This document shows, one piece after another, positions 35,843 to 47,818 of a stretch of 64,000 nucleotides of DNA. The position numbers and the translations under genes were made by a program. The notes under the pieces are model-generated. The model was not told the DNA's origin, ran no database searches, and worked only from the letters and a program-made list of their open reading frames with translations. The stretch's first letter is position 1. Each line of letters begins with the position of its first letter. Source of the stretch: Dehalococcoidales bacterium (GTDB taxonomy: Bacteria > Chloroflexota > Dehalococcoidia > Dehalococcoidales > RBG-16-60-22); contig JBEKAC010000004.1 in the NCBI GenBank assembly GCA_050018395.1, forward strand, positions 4,856-68,855, in the 5' to 3' direction.

Positions 35843-36439
35843 TTAGCCGGCTTCGGTCTGTTTTTTGGCCGTCAGGCGCTGCACCAACCAGAAAGCCAAG
35901 GGAATCAGGGCGAGCTGGATGAGCATGCCGGGCCAGGCCTGCATTACCGTGTTCCAGACGGCGGAAACTGGAGTGGCGGCGGGGCCGAGCGGGCTGTAAA
36001 CGTTGCCGCTGATGGCTTTGACCACGGCGACGGCCGCCAGTAAAGCGACACGTCCGCCGACCATCGCGCCCAGCAGGGACCATACCACGCGCAGGTTGAA
36101 TTTCTGCCGGAGAATGCCGGCGAGCAACCCGTAGGCGGTGACTTCCACAGCTATCTGGGGAAGGACGGTCATCGGGGGCATGCCGGATACCAGGAAGCTG
36201 GCGAAGGGCGTCAGCAGCCCGACGACGGCACCGGCCTGCCAGCCGCAGGTGAGTGCGGCGGCGAAGATAAAGAAGTGCATGGGAAGGTAGGTAGGGCCGG
36301 CGGCGGGGAACTGGTGGAACAGCCACGGAGTGAGCACACTCAATACCGTAAAGGCGGCGATAATTCCGAAGGTACGGATATCGGTGAGCTTGAGAGAAAG
36401 CGGCAGCGCCCGTTCGGCAACAGCGATTTTACGAATCAT
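35843..36439 (-). CDS. ECF transporter S component-like membrane protein
   Basis: Start ATG 36439 follows AAGGAGG. About 198 aa with 5-6 TM segments. Confidence 0.5.
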   Translation of the reverse strand: MIRKIAVAERALPLSLKLTDIRTFGIIAAFTVLSVLTPWLFHQFPAAGPTYLPMHFFIFAAALTCGWQAGAVVGLLTPFASFLVSGMPPMTVLPQIAVEVTAYGLLAGILRQKFNLRVVWSLLGAMVGGRVALLAAVAVVKAISGNVYSPLGPAATPVSAVWNTVMQAWPGMLIQLALIPLAFWLVQRLTAKKQTEAG

Positions 36440-36461
36440 TGGTTTCCTCCTTAATAGTCGG

Positions 36462-36511
36462 GATATCAGGATATCTAATATAATGATATCCAGCCCAAAC
36501 CGAAATGTCAA
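36462..36511 (-). promoter_or_regulatory. Promoter TTGACA-17-TATCAT with three GATATC palindromes
   Basis: Minus-strand -35 at 36506-36511 and -10 at 36483-36488. GATATC occurs at 36462, 36470 and 36485. Confidence 0.4.
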
Positions 36512-36543
36512 AATATATCGGAATGATTTTTATAACATTTTTA

Positions 36544-38232
36544 TTACGGTTTTAATCTGAACTTTTCCAGCGGCACCGGCAGAGTGGCCAGTTGGGGGAC
36601 GCCGTCCTGCTGCTGGATGGTTATCCACTTGAACCAGTGCTTATCATCGCGCTGGGGGAAGTCCTCACGGAAGTGCCCGGCACGGCTTTCCTCACGCATT
36701 AAAGCCGCACGATAGGTATTTTCGGCGGCCATGATCATGCTTTCCGCGGAATGATATCGGGCGAGCTCGTGGAAGTCGGCGGCGCCGACACGGCTAAGTT
36801 TATCCCGGGCGTCCTGCACGATGCCTAAAGCCTCTTTCATCCGGCCGGCCTCGCGCTGGCGGTTATACTTCATCGGGACCACGGCCTCGTGTACCCTGGC
36901 GATGACCTCGGCGGCGTTTAAAACACCCTGATGTTTGGTCGGGGACATGACCCTGTTCAAAACCTGCTGCGCCTGCAAACCATCGATATCGAGGCGGCGG
37001 CTGTCTAAAGCATACCGGGCGGCGTTTTCCCCCGCCACGAAGCCGGTGACCGCCGCAGACTGAACACCCAGCCCCGCCTGGCCCCCGCCGCCCCCGGACC
37101 AGCAGTTGCTGGAAGCGCCGCCGGCGGCATAAAGGCCGTCCAGCGTCGTTTTACCGTGAATATCAATGCGCAGGCCGCCGCCGCTGTAGAGGTAGCGCGG
37201 CCACATCTCCATTTTCTCCCGCAAAGGGTCGATGCCGGCTTTTTCCCGCAAAAGCTTCATCGTATCGTTGGCCATGAGGTGTGTCAACCCCTCCACCTGG
37301 TCCTCCGCCAGCCCGGCGATATCGGCATCGGTAAGCCCTATCAGGTTCAGATAAATCGGGCCGAGGCCGGCATTCATTTCTTTCTGCATCGCATCGATGA
37401 CGCGCGGGTCGAAAGTATAGACGGAGTGCTTACCCACCATCAGCTCGGGGTAATGCTTCCCCATAATCTTCTCGCCGCGGGCGTTTTCCAGGTAGAGATA
37501 GAAGTGGATGCCCATCAGCTCTTTGCCGAGGACTTTGATGCCCCAGACATAGCTGCTGCTGAACTCGGCATTGATGAGCTGGGCGCCGGCGCGATAGCCC
37601 ATGGCAGGGCCTTCGCCGAGGACGGAGCTATAGGTCTTTTCGTGCATGTAGCCGCAGTTGCCGGTGGTGATGATGACCGTTTTCGCATTAAACAAATACG
37701 TCTTGCCGTCCACAAGGCCCAGCCCCACCGCCCCCACCACCTTGTCATCTTTTTTCAGCAGGTCGATGGCGTAAATCTTGTCCATCATCTTCACGCCGCG
37801 GGCCAGGGCCGTCTTTTTCAGCGCCAGCAACGATTTGGGCGCATCGAAAAGGGTAACATGGATGTTTGGCCCCCAGGTCAGGATATCGATCTCGCCATTT
37901 TTTTTAATAAACGTAAGACCCATGGCGGCTAAATCATGCATCGACTGATGCATGTATTTCCCGAAGGTAAAAGCCCAGTCCTGGTCATTGAAAAAGCCGC
38001 TGTTCCGGGTGGCCTTTTCCGCCCATTTCTCCGCGTAGTCCGGGTAAACGTAAGCCAGTATGCCCCCGCCGATGGGCACCTGCCCGTTCCAGCCGATGCC
38101 CATCTTGTCAATCAGCAGAACATCGACGTTATTCTCCTTGGCTTTGAGCGCGGCACACATGCCTGCCCCGCCCGCCCCGAGGACCAGCACGTCGGTTTTA
38201 ATGACTGTGCCAAGTGAGTTTGTATCGTTCAT
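36544..38232 (-). CDS. FAD-binding oxidoreductase (fumarate reductase / AprA-like flavoprotein family)
   Basis: 562 aa with DVLVLGAGGAGMCAAL (FAD dinucleotide fold) and GLYAAGGAS. Confidence 0.75.
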   Translation of the reverse strand: MNDTNSLGTVIKTDVLVLGAGGAGMCAALKAKENNVDVLLIDKMGIGWNGQVPIGGGILAYVYPDYAEKWAEKATRNSGFFNDQDWAFTFGKYMHQSMHDLAAMGLTFIKKNGEIDILTWGPNIHVTLFDAPKSLLALKKTALARGVKMMDKIYAIDLLKKDDKVVGAVGLGLVDGKTYLFNAKTVIITTGNCGYMHEKTYSSVLGEGPAMGYRAGAQLINAEFSSSYVWGIKVLGKELMGIHFYLYLENARGEKIMGKHYPELMVGKHSVYTFDPRVIDAMQKEMNAGLGPIYLNLIGLTDADIAGLAEDQVEGLTHLMANDTMKLLREKAGIDPLREKMEMWPRYLYSGGGLRIDIHGKTTLDGLYAAGGASSNCWSGGGGGQAGLGVQSAAVTGFVAGENAARYALDSRRLDIDGLQAQQVLNRVMSPTKHQGVLNAAEVIARVHEAVVPMKYNRQREAGRMKEALGIVQDARDKLSRVGAADFHELARYHSAESMIMAAENTYRAALMREESRAGHFREDFPQRDDKHWFKWITIQQQDGVPQLATLPVPLEKFRLKP

Positions 38233-38298
38233 GATAATCTCCTGTATTTCAAAATGACAAATATCAAATGTCCAATGGCAAATGACAAATTCCGAACT

Positions 38299-38520
38299 TT
38301 AATACGGCGAGACCAGCTCGCCACGGCCGCGCTCCGGCGAAACGTCAAAGCAGCCCTGCGGGCAGAACGATTCGCAGCCCCAGCAGGCGATGCAGTCTTG
38401 GGGGTATTGGATGACCGCTTTTTTGGCTTTTTTATCCAGCCGCAGCACATCCATGGGACAGCAGGCGATGCAGGTGCCGCACCCCGTGCACTTTTCCCGG
38501 TCAAAACTCCTGATAACCAT
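38299..38520 (-). CDS. 4Fe-4S dicluster ferredoxin
   Basis: 73 aa with CTGCGTCIACCP and CIACWGCESFCP. Confidence 0.8.
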   Translation of the reverse strand: MVIRSFDREKCTGCGTCIACCPMDVLRLDKKAKKAVIQYPQDCIACWGCESFCPQGCFDVSPERGRGELVSPY

Positions 38521-38714
38521 CGGCCTTACTCCTTTGTATTACATGTATAATCGTATCTGGCCTGATTATAGCATTTTCCCCGGAAATTTCCCCGCCAGTC
38601 TCATAATGAACGGTAAAACTATCTTTTAGCCCCCACTTTCGTTATAATAATTGCACGGGGTAACACCAATATCATTCGTCCCGATTCAATCGGGGCGCCA
38701 GACGGGGGTTTCCA

Positions 38715-39260
38715 GTGCAGGATGAGCAGAGCCTGATACGGCGAGCGCAGCAGCGCGACCCGGTGGCTTTAACTCAACTATATGAAGAGAACTTTGACAG
38801 GATTTACCGTTATATAGTTCTCAAAATAGGCGATAGGACCGAGGCTGAAGATATGACGCAACAGGTCTTTCTCAATGCCCTGCAGTCCATCTCTTCCTAC
38901 AAATGGAAGGGAATGCCCTTCACCTCGTGGTTGTACCGCATCGCCCATAACCAGGTAGTGGACTACGTGAGGAAAAAAGCGAAACATGCCACGGTGCCTC
39001 TCGATGAATCGCTGCCGCTGCCGGCCACTGATGGCGATCCGCAGCATTTGGTCGAAAGGAAAATACAATTGGAAACGGTCGTGATGGCGACGAAAAAACT
39101 GACCAAAGCACAGCAGGAGGTCATTTCACTGCGTTTTGCCGCCGAGCTATCCATCACGGAGGTTGCCAAGGTGATGGCCAAGAGCGAGGGGGCAGTCAAG
39201 GCATTGCAGCACAGCGCGATACTGGCGCTGCGCAAGGCAATGTCGCCGGAGGTGGAATGA
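38715..39260 (+). CDS. ECF-type RNA polymerase sigma factor
   Basis: 181 aa, GTG start. Region 2 FDRIYRYIVLKIGDRTEAEDMTQQVF and region 4 EVISLRFAAELSITEVAKVM. Confidence 0.85.
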   Translation: MQDEQSLIRRAQQRDPVALTQLYEENFDRIYRYIVLKIGDRTEAEDMTQQVFLNALQSISSYKWKGMPFTSWLYRIAHNQVVDYVRKKAKHATVPLDESLPLPATDGDPQHLVERKIQLETVVMATKKLTKAQQEVISLRFAAELSITEVAKVMAKSEGAVKALQHSAILALRKAMSPEVE

Positions 39261-40420
39261 TGGAAAATAAAAGAGAATTTGACAATATACTGGATGAATG
39301 CCTCGATAAGGTGATGCAGGGACAGGATATCGAGACGATCCTGGCGCTGTATCCGCAATATGCAGTTGAACTGGAACCCCTGCTACGTACGGCCCGGGAC
39401 ACGATGCAAGCCGCGGAAATAAAGCCCCGCCCCGAGTTCCGGCAGCAGGCCGGCTACGAGTTCCAGGCAGCCCTCCGCAAGCTGCCGCCCCAAAAAACTC
39501 CCCATGTTTTCCGCTGGCAGCTGCGCTGGGTGGCACCCGTAGCCATTATTATAGTTCTTTTGCTTGGCGGCGGAGGTACGGTGCTGGCCGCCAATAACGC
39601 TCTGCCGGATAACCCTCTATATACGGTAAAACTGGCCACAGAGGCAGTACAAATGGCGTTTACCCGTTCGGACCTGGGTAAGGCGGAGCTCTATGCCAAA
39701 TTCGCTAATGAGAGAGTGGCCGAGATCGTCAAGATGTCGGAAAAGGGCAATAACGCCCAGGTACAAAATACAACGCAGCGTATGAATGATGAGCTGGTGG
39801 CCATGGTCAATTTGACGTCGCCCGAAGTGCAGGCCGCGGGTGGCGAACAATCATTGACGGGATTGCAGGCTCCGGCCGCCACGTCAACCGGATTCCCGCC
39901 GGAGACAGTTACGAACACAACGGTCTCACCAACAACGACGACAACGACAACGACGTCACCGACTATTGCGGCACCGACAACCACGACGGCAGCGACAACT
40001 ATGGTACCGACAACGGTTCCGGCGCCTACGGCTACCGCACCGTCTCCGGACCTCTCTACGGCGTCCCAACCGCCGGTGGCAACTGAAGTGATGCCTCCCC
40101 CGGTAATTATTACCGCGGGGCCGGCGTCATCGCCCACGCCAACAGCGCCGGAAGGATTGAGGCATACCTACGGCCAGGATAACAGTAAGAACGCCAGCCA
40201 GAATAACAAGAACGCCAATAAGAATTTTGTTAAAAATCAAAAAGTAAAAGACGATTTTGCCAGGAAATTCGGGGAAAACTTAAGGGCTTTGCAGAACCAG
40301 CTGGATAAAGCCCCGGAAAATCTTAAGCCTGCGCTTAAACGAGCCATAGACATCCTTAAAAAAGGCTATGAGGAATCCATCAGCAACCTGGAAGCGGCCG
40401 GTTCGAGCTACATACCGTGA
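39257..40420 (+). CDS. Putative anti-sigma factor (single TM, DUF5667-like, Thr/Pro-rich linker)
   Basis: ATGA overlap with the sigma gene. TM segment WVAPVAIIIVLLLGGGGTVLA, and a T/P/A low-complexity stretch. Confidence 0.5.
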   Translation: MMENKREFDNILDECLDKVMQGQDIETILALYPQYAVELEPLLRTARDTMQAAEIKPRPEFRQQAGYEFQAALRKLPPQKTPHVFRWQLRWVAPVAIIIVLLLGGGGTVLAANNALPDNPLYTVKLATEAVQMAFTRSDLGKAELYAKFANERVAEIVKMSEKGNNAQVQNTTQRMNDELVAMVNLTSPEVQAAGGEQSLTGLQAPAATSTGFPPETVTNTTVSPTTTTTTTTSPTIAAPTTTTAATTMVPTTVPAPTATAPSPDLSTASQPPVATEVMPPPVIITAGPASSPTPTAPEGLRHTYGQDNSKNASQNNKNANKNFVKNQKVKDDFARKFGENLRALQNQLDKAPENLKPALKRAIDILKKGYEESISNLEAAGSSYIP

Positions 40421-40615
40421 CGTTCTTTCCCTCTTTAACTAACCCGTAATATTGCCCGCCTTCATTCCTCCGGCGCTCGGCAGCGTTTCATATATGAGAA
40501 AACGGATAATTACCAGTAAAAATCCGGGCTGCGATGGTGTAAAACGAGATTGGGAACTAACTTACCGGCGAATTTCTCGTTGTATATAGTGGAAGAAAAC
40601 ACAGGAGGTAAACAT

Positions 40616-41362
40616 ATGAAAAAGATTTGGTTGGTAGCTATCGGCGTTGTGCTACTGCTGGGAACGATATTGCTGGCAAGCTGCGGTACCGAAAGCTCAC
40701 CTTCGGTCAGTAATTATAATAGTCAACAGGCCGGTATCTGGGTAAGCGGCGAAGGCAAAGTGACGGCAACTCCCGATGTGGCTATCCTGAGCCTGGGAAT
40801 CCAGGCCCAGGAAACGGACGTTGCCCCGGCTCAGTCTGAAGCCGCCGCGGCTATGGATAAAGTGAGGACAGCCCTGAAGGATGCGGGGATAGCTGATAAA
40901 GATATCCAGACCACGTATTTCAGCATCCAGCCAGTGTACCAGTATGATAATAACAAACAACAGTCCATACTTAGCGGTTATCAGGTAACCAACACAGTAA
41001 CGGTAAAAGTGAGGAAAGTAGACCAGACCGGCCCAATACTGGATGCGGTTTCAGCCGCCGGCGGTAACTTAATTCGCGTCAATAACGTCGCCTTTACCAT
41101 TGACGACCCGACGCCTTCCTATGCCCAGGCGAGAGTCAAGGCAGTGGCTGATGCTATCGCCAAGGCGAAGCAACTGGCCGATAATGCCGGCGTGAAACTG
41201 GGCAAGCTGACCTACATCACCGAAAGCAATAATACACCGAGCCCGATTTACCGGACAGATATGACCTCGGGCGCAGTTGCGCCTGCAACGACGACCCCCA
41301 TAAGCACCGGCGAGATAGATATTATCACGGATGTCCAGATAGCTTACGCCATCGGCAACTAA
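40616..41362 (+). CDS. SIMPL (DUF541) family lipoprotein
   Basis: Start ATG 40616 follows AGGAGG. Lipobox LLASC. GIWVSGEGKVTATPDVAILSLGI. Confidence 0.7.
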   Translation: MKKIWLVAIGVVLLLGTILLASCGTESSPSVSNYNSQQAGIWVSGEGKVTATPDVAILSLGIQAQETDVAPAQSEAAAAMDKVRTALKDAGIADKDIQTTYFSIQPVYQYDNNKQQSILSGYQVTNTVTVKVRKVDQTGPILDAVSAAGGNLIRVNNVAFTIDDPTPSYAQARVKAVADAIAKAKQLADNAGVKLGKLTYITESNNTPSPIYRTDMTSGAVAPATTTPISTGEIDIITDVQIAYAIGN

Positions 41363-41392
41363 AAAACAGACGAACAGGAAATCAGTAAACGC

Positions 41393-41427
41393 AGAGAGCC
41401 CCGATGAAATCGGGGCTCTCTCTTTTA
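41393..41427. terminator. Bidirectional intrinsic terminator
   Basis: 13-bp stem agagagccccgat/atcggggctctct followed by a T-rich tract. Sits between convergent genes. Confidence 0.6.
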
Positions 41428-41967
41428 TTACGCTTTGCTTTCCGTATACCGCTCCAGCTCACTGTAGAGACAGCCGCAGTATTGCTGGCGGTAGAGGTCC
41501 ATCGGCTTGGTGATGTGGCGGCTATCGGAATAGCGTTTACGCAGGTCGGCATAAGCAAAGGATATACCCTGCGCCGCGGCAATCTGATTGCCGATTGCCT
41601 GGATCAATTCGTGCTTCTGGTGGGGGCTGATGAGCAGGGTGGTGGTAAAAGCGTCGTAGCCTTTTTCTTTGGCCACCGCCGCCGTTCTGGTCAGACGGAG
41701 GCTAAAGCAGTCCTTGCAGCGCTCCGCTTCGTGGCCGGCAACGCGGCGGAAAAACTCCGCCATGTCATAGCCTTCGGCGATGATCAGGGGCAGATTGATG
41801 GATTGTGCCAGTGTTTTCATGCTTTCCAGCCGCTGCTGATACTCCATATAGGGGTGGATGTTGGGGTTATACCAGAACCCGCTCACATCGCAGCCCTGCT
41901 GGCGCCAGTACTCGGCAGTATAGGCGGCGCAGTGGGCGCAACAGACGTGGATTAGCACTTTACTCAT
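41428..41967 (-). CDS. queH: Epoxyqueuosine reductase QueH (DUF208)
   Basis: 179 aa with LIHVCCAHCAAY, CKDCFSLRL and QYCGCLYSE. Confidence 0.8.
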   Translation of the reverse strand: MSKVLIHVCCAHCAAYTAEYWRQQGCDVSGFWYNPNIHPYMEYQQRLESMKTLAQSINLPLIIAEGYDMAEFFRRVAGHEAERCKDCFSLRLTRTAAVAKEKGYDAFTTTLLISPHQKHELIQAIGNQIAAAQGISFAYADLRKRYSDSRHITKPMDLYRQQYCGCLYSELERYTESKA

Positions 41968-42359
41968 TCTTTCCCGCCCATTTTACGGTTATAGTAAGTA
42001 TAAGCCGACAGATTAATCAACAGCAAACCGCACGTGGCGTACAATAAAGCCAAACCGACCTGCGCCATCCCCGCCGAAAGGTCAGCACGGTGAAAAGCCA
42101 GTAATATCGCCCCGGTCACGGCCATGCCCAGCCCAACCAAAGAGACGGTGAGCCGGGCCGCTTTAGAGGCGACGGCATAGTTCCGCTCGTCGGTGGTCAC
42201 CTCTTTGACCCTCCGGCGGAGGATGAATAAAATAATCATACCCGCGGCCACCGCCCCGATAAGAATGTAAGCGTTCCCGATGGCGACCGAGACCGCCGCC
42301 AGGATAGTACCAATTACGAGCAACGTCATACGCCAGTTTCTATAGGTGTTAAAGTTCAT
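41964..42359 (-). CDS. DUF2178-like membrane protein
   Basis: 131 aa, 4 TM segments. Lies downstream of a small XRE regulator, which is a typical pairing. Confidence 0.5.
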   Translation of the reverse strand: MNFNTYRNWRMTLLVIGTILAAVSVAIGNAYILIGAVAAGMIILFILRRRVKEVTTDERNYAVASKAARLTVSLVGLGMAVTGAILLAFHRADLSAGMAQVGLALLYATCGLLLINLSAYTYYNRKMGGKE

Positions 42360-42371
42360 TTTTGTCTCCAG

Positions 42372-42575
42372 TTATTCGTATTTAAAGACCTCTTCCAGTT
42401 TTACGCCGAAAGCACGGGCGATTTTAAACGCCAGCTCGATAGAGGGGACATACTTGTTTTGTTCAAGGGCGATAATAGTCTGCCGCGTGCAGCCCACCTT
42501 ATGCGCCAGGTCTTCCTGCGTTATTTCCTGGTGGTCAAAACGGAGGCGGCGGATATTATTTGTTATCTTGGGCAT
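42372..42575 (-). CDS. XRE-family HTH transcriptional regulator
   Basis: 67 aa with ITQEDLAHKVGCTRQTIIALEQNKYVPS. Confidence 0.8.
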   Translation of the reverse strand: MPKITNNIRRLRFDHQEITQEDLAHKVGCTRQTIIALEQNKYVPSIELAFKIARAFGVKLEEVFKYE

Positions 42576-42672
42576 CTACCTCCTCTTTGGGTAATTTATA
42601 CAAGACATATTGTAATATAAACATTACTAAATGTCAAATATGAATTACATATATCATTAAAAATTTTTAAGT

Positions 42673-43689
42673 CTAAATCAACTTTTGCTGATTTGATTTA
42701 TTAAAAGGCAGCCCCAGGTGTTCGTAAGCTAGATGGGTGGCCAGGCGGCCGCGGGGAGTACGCTCCAGGAAGCCCAGCTGCATGAGATAGGGCTCGTACA
42801 CGTCGGTGATGGTATCCGCCTCCTCGCTGATGGAAGCGGCGATAGTATCCAGTCCCACCGGGCCGCCGCTGAATTTCTCGATGATGGTGTGCAATACTTT
42901 GTGGTCGATTTCATCCAGACCGATGGGGTCCACGCCGAGCTTGGTCAGGGCTTCTTCGGCCACTTTTTTAGTAATCACGCCGTCGGCGATGACCTGTGCG
43001 TAGTCCCGCACCCTTTTCAGCAGCCGGTTGGCCACGCGGGGCGTACCGCGGGCGCGGCGGGCGATTTCTTGCAACCCTTCTTCTTTAGCCTCCACCTGGA
43101 GGATGCGGGCGGAGCGCTGGATGATTTTCTGTAAAGCATCCGCGTTATAAAAGTCCAGGCGGAAAACAGAGCCGAAGCGGTCCCGCAGGGGTGGCGAAAG
43201 CAGGGCATAGCGCGTGGTGGCGCCGATCAGGGTGAATTTGGGGAGGTTAAGGCGCAGGCTCTTGGCGCCGGGCCCCTTGCCGATAATAATATCCAGCGCA
43301 TAGTCTTCCAGCGCCGGGTAGAGGATTTCTTCTATGGAACGGTTGAGGCGGTGGATTTCATCGATAAAAAGGATGTCATTGGCGCGCAGGTTGGTGAGGA
43401 TAGCCGCCAGGTCGCCGGTGCGTTCGATGGCGGGACCGGACGTGGTCTTGATATTAACGCCTACCTCGGCGGCGATAATGTACGCCAGGCAGGTCTTGCC
43501 GAGGCCGGGCGGCCCGTAAAACAGCACGTGGTCGAGGGGCTCACCGCGGCCTTTAGCCGCCGTAATCGCGATCTGGAGATTTTCTTTGACCTTCTCCTGC
43601 CCGATAAAGTCGGCCAGGTTCCTCGGTCGAAGACTGGTATCAAGGGGGGCGTCTTCCTCGCTCGGTTTGCCCGATATTACGCGTGCTAT
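42673..43689 (-). CDS. ruvB: Holliday junction branch migration helicase RuvB (probable ATA start)
   Basis: The track ORF starts at an internal GTG (43527). The reading frame stays open and RuvB-like upstream ([47 protein letters not shown]) as far as a TGA at 43696-43698. No ATG, GTG or TTG is present; ATA 43689 lies 6 nt after GGGGGTGA. Confidence 0.85.
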   Translation of the reverse strand: MARVISGKPSEEDAPLDTSLRPRNLADFIGQEKVKENLQIAITAAKGRGEPLDHVLFYGPPGLGKTCLAYIIAAEVGVNIKTTSGPAIERTGDLAAILTNLRANDILFIDEIHRLNRSIEEILYPALEDYALDIIIGKGPGAKSLRLNLPKFTLIGATTRYALLSPPLRDRFGSVFRLDFYNADALQKIIQRSARILQVEAKEEGLQEIARRARGTPRVANRLLKRVRDYAQVIADGVITKKVAEEALTKLGVDPIGLDEIDHKVLHTIIEKFSGGPVGLDTIAASISEEADTITDVYEPYLMQLGFLERTPRGRLATHLAYEHLGLPFNKSNQQKLI

Positions 43690-43783
43690 CTCGGTTCACC
43701 CCCTCTCAAGTTGCCTTAGTGCCGTCCGCTCCGGTTATTCTTCTCAACGGTTTTTTGTTAAAAACTATAATAGGCAAAAGGGG

Positions 43784-47804
<4,021 letters not shown>

Positions 47805-47818
<14 letters not shown>

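Noticed and set aside
35730-36326. 198-aa Arg/Pro-rich ORF (-) overlapping the ECF S-component gene
   Set aside because: It is an alternative frame of a GC-rich membrane-protein gene. The TM-rich frame is the plausible one.
39900-40020. Short tandem acaacgacg-like repeats as a possible CRISPR or VNTR
   Set aside because: They lie inside a continuous ORF and encode a Thr-rich linker. There is no repeat-spacer periodicity.
42590-42672. AT-rich region upstream of the XRE regulator with a TACAA-N6-TTGTA inverted repeat
   Set aside because: This is probably just the regulator's own promoter and operator. A 5-bp arm in AT-rich DNA is not significant on its own.
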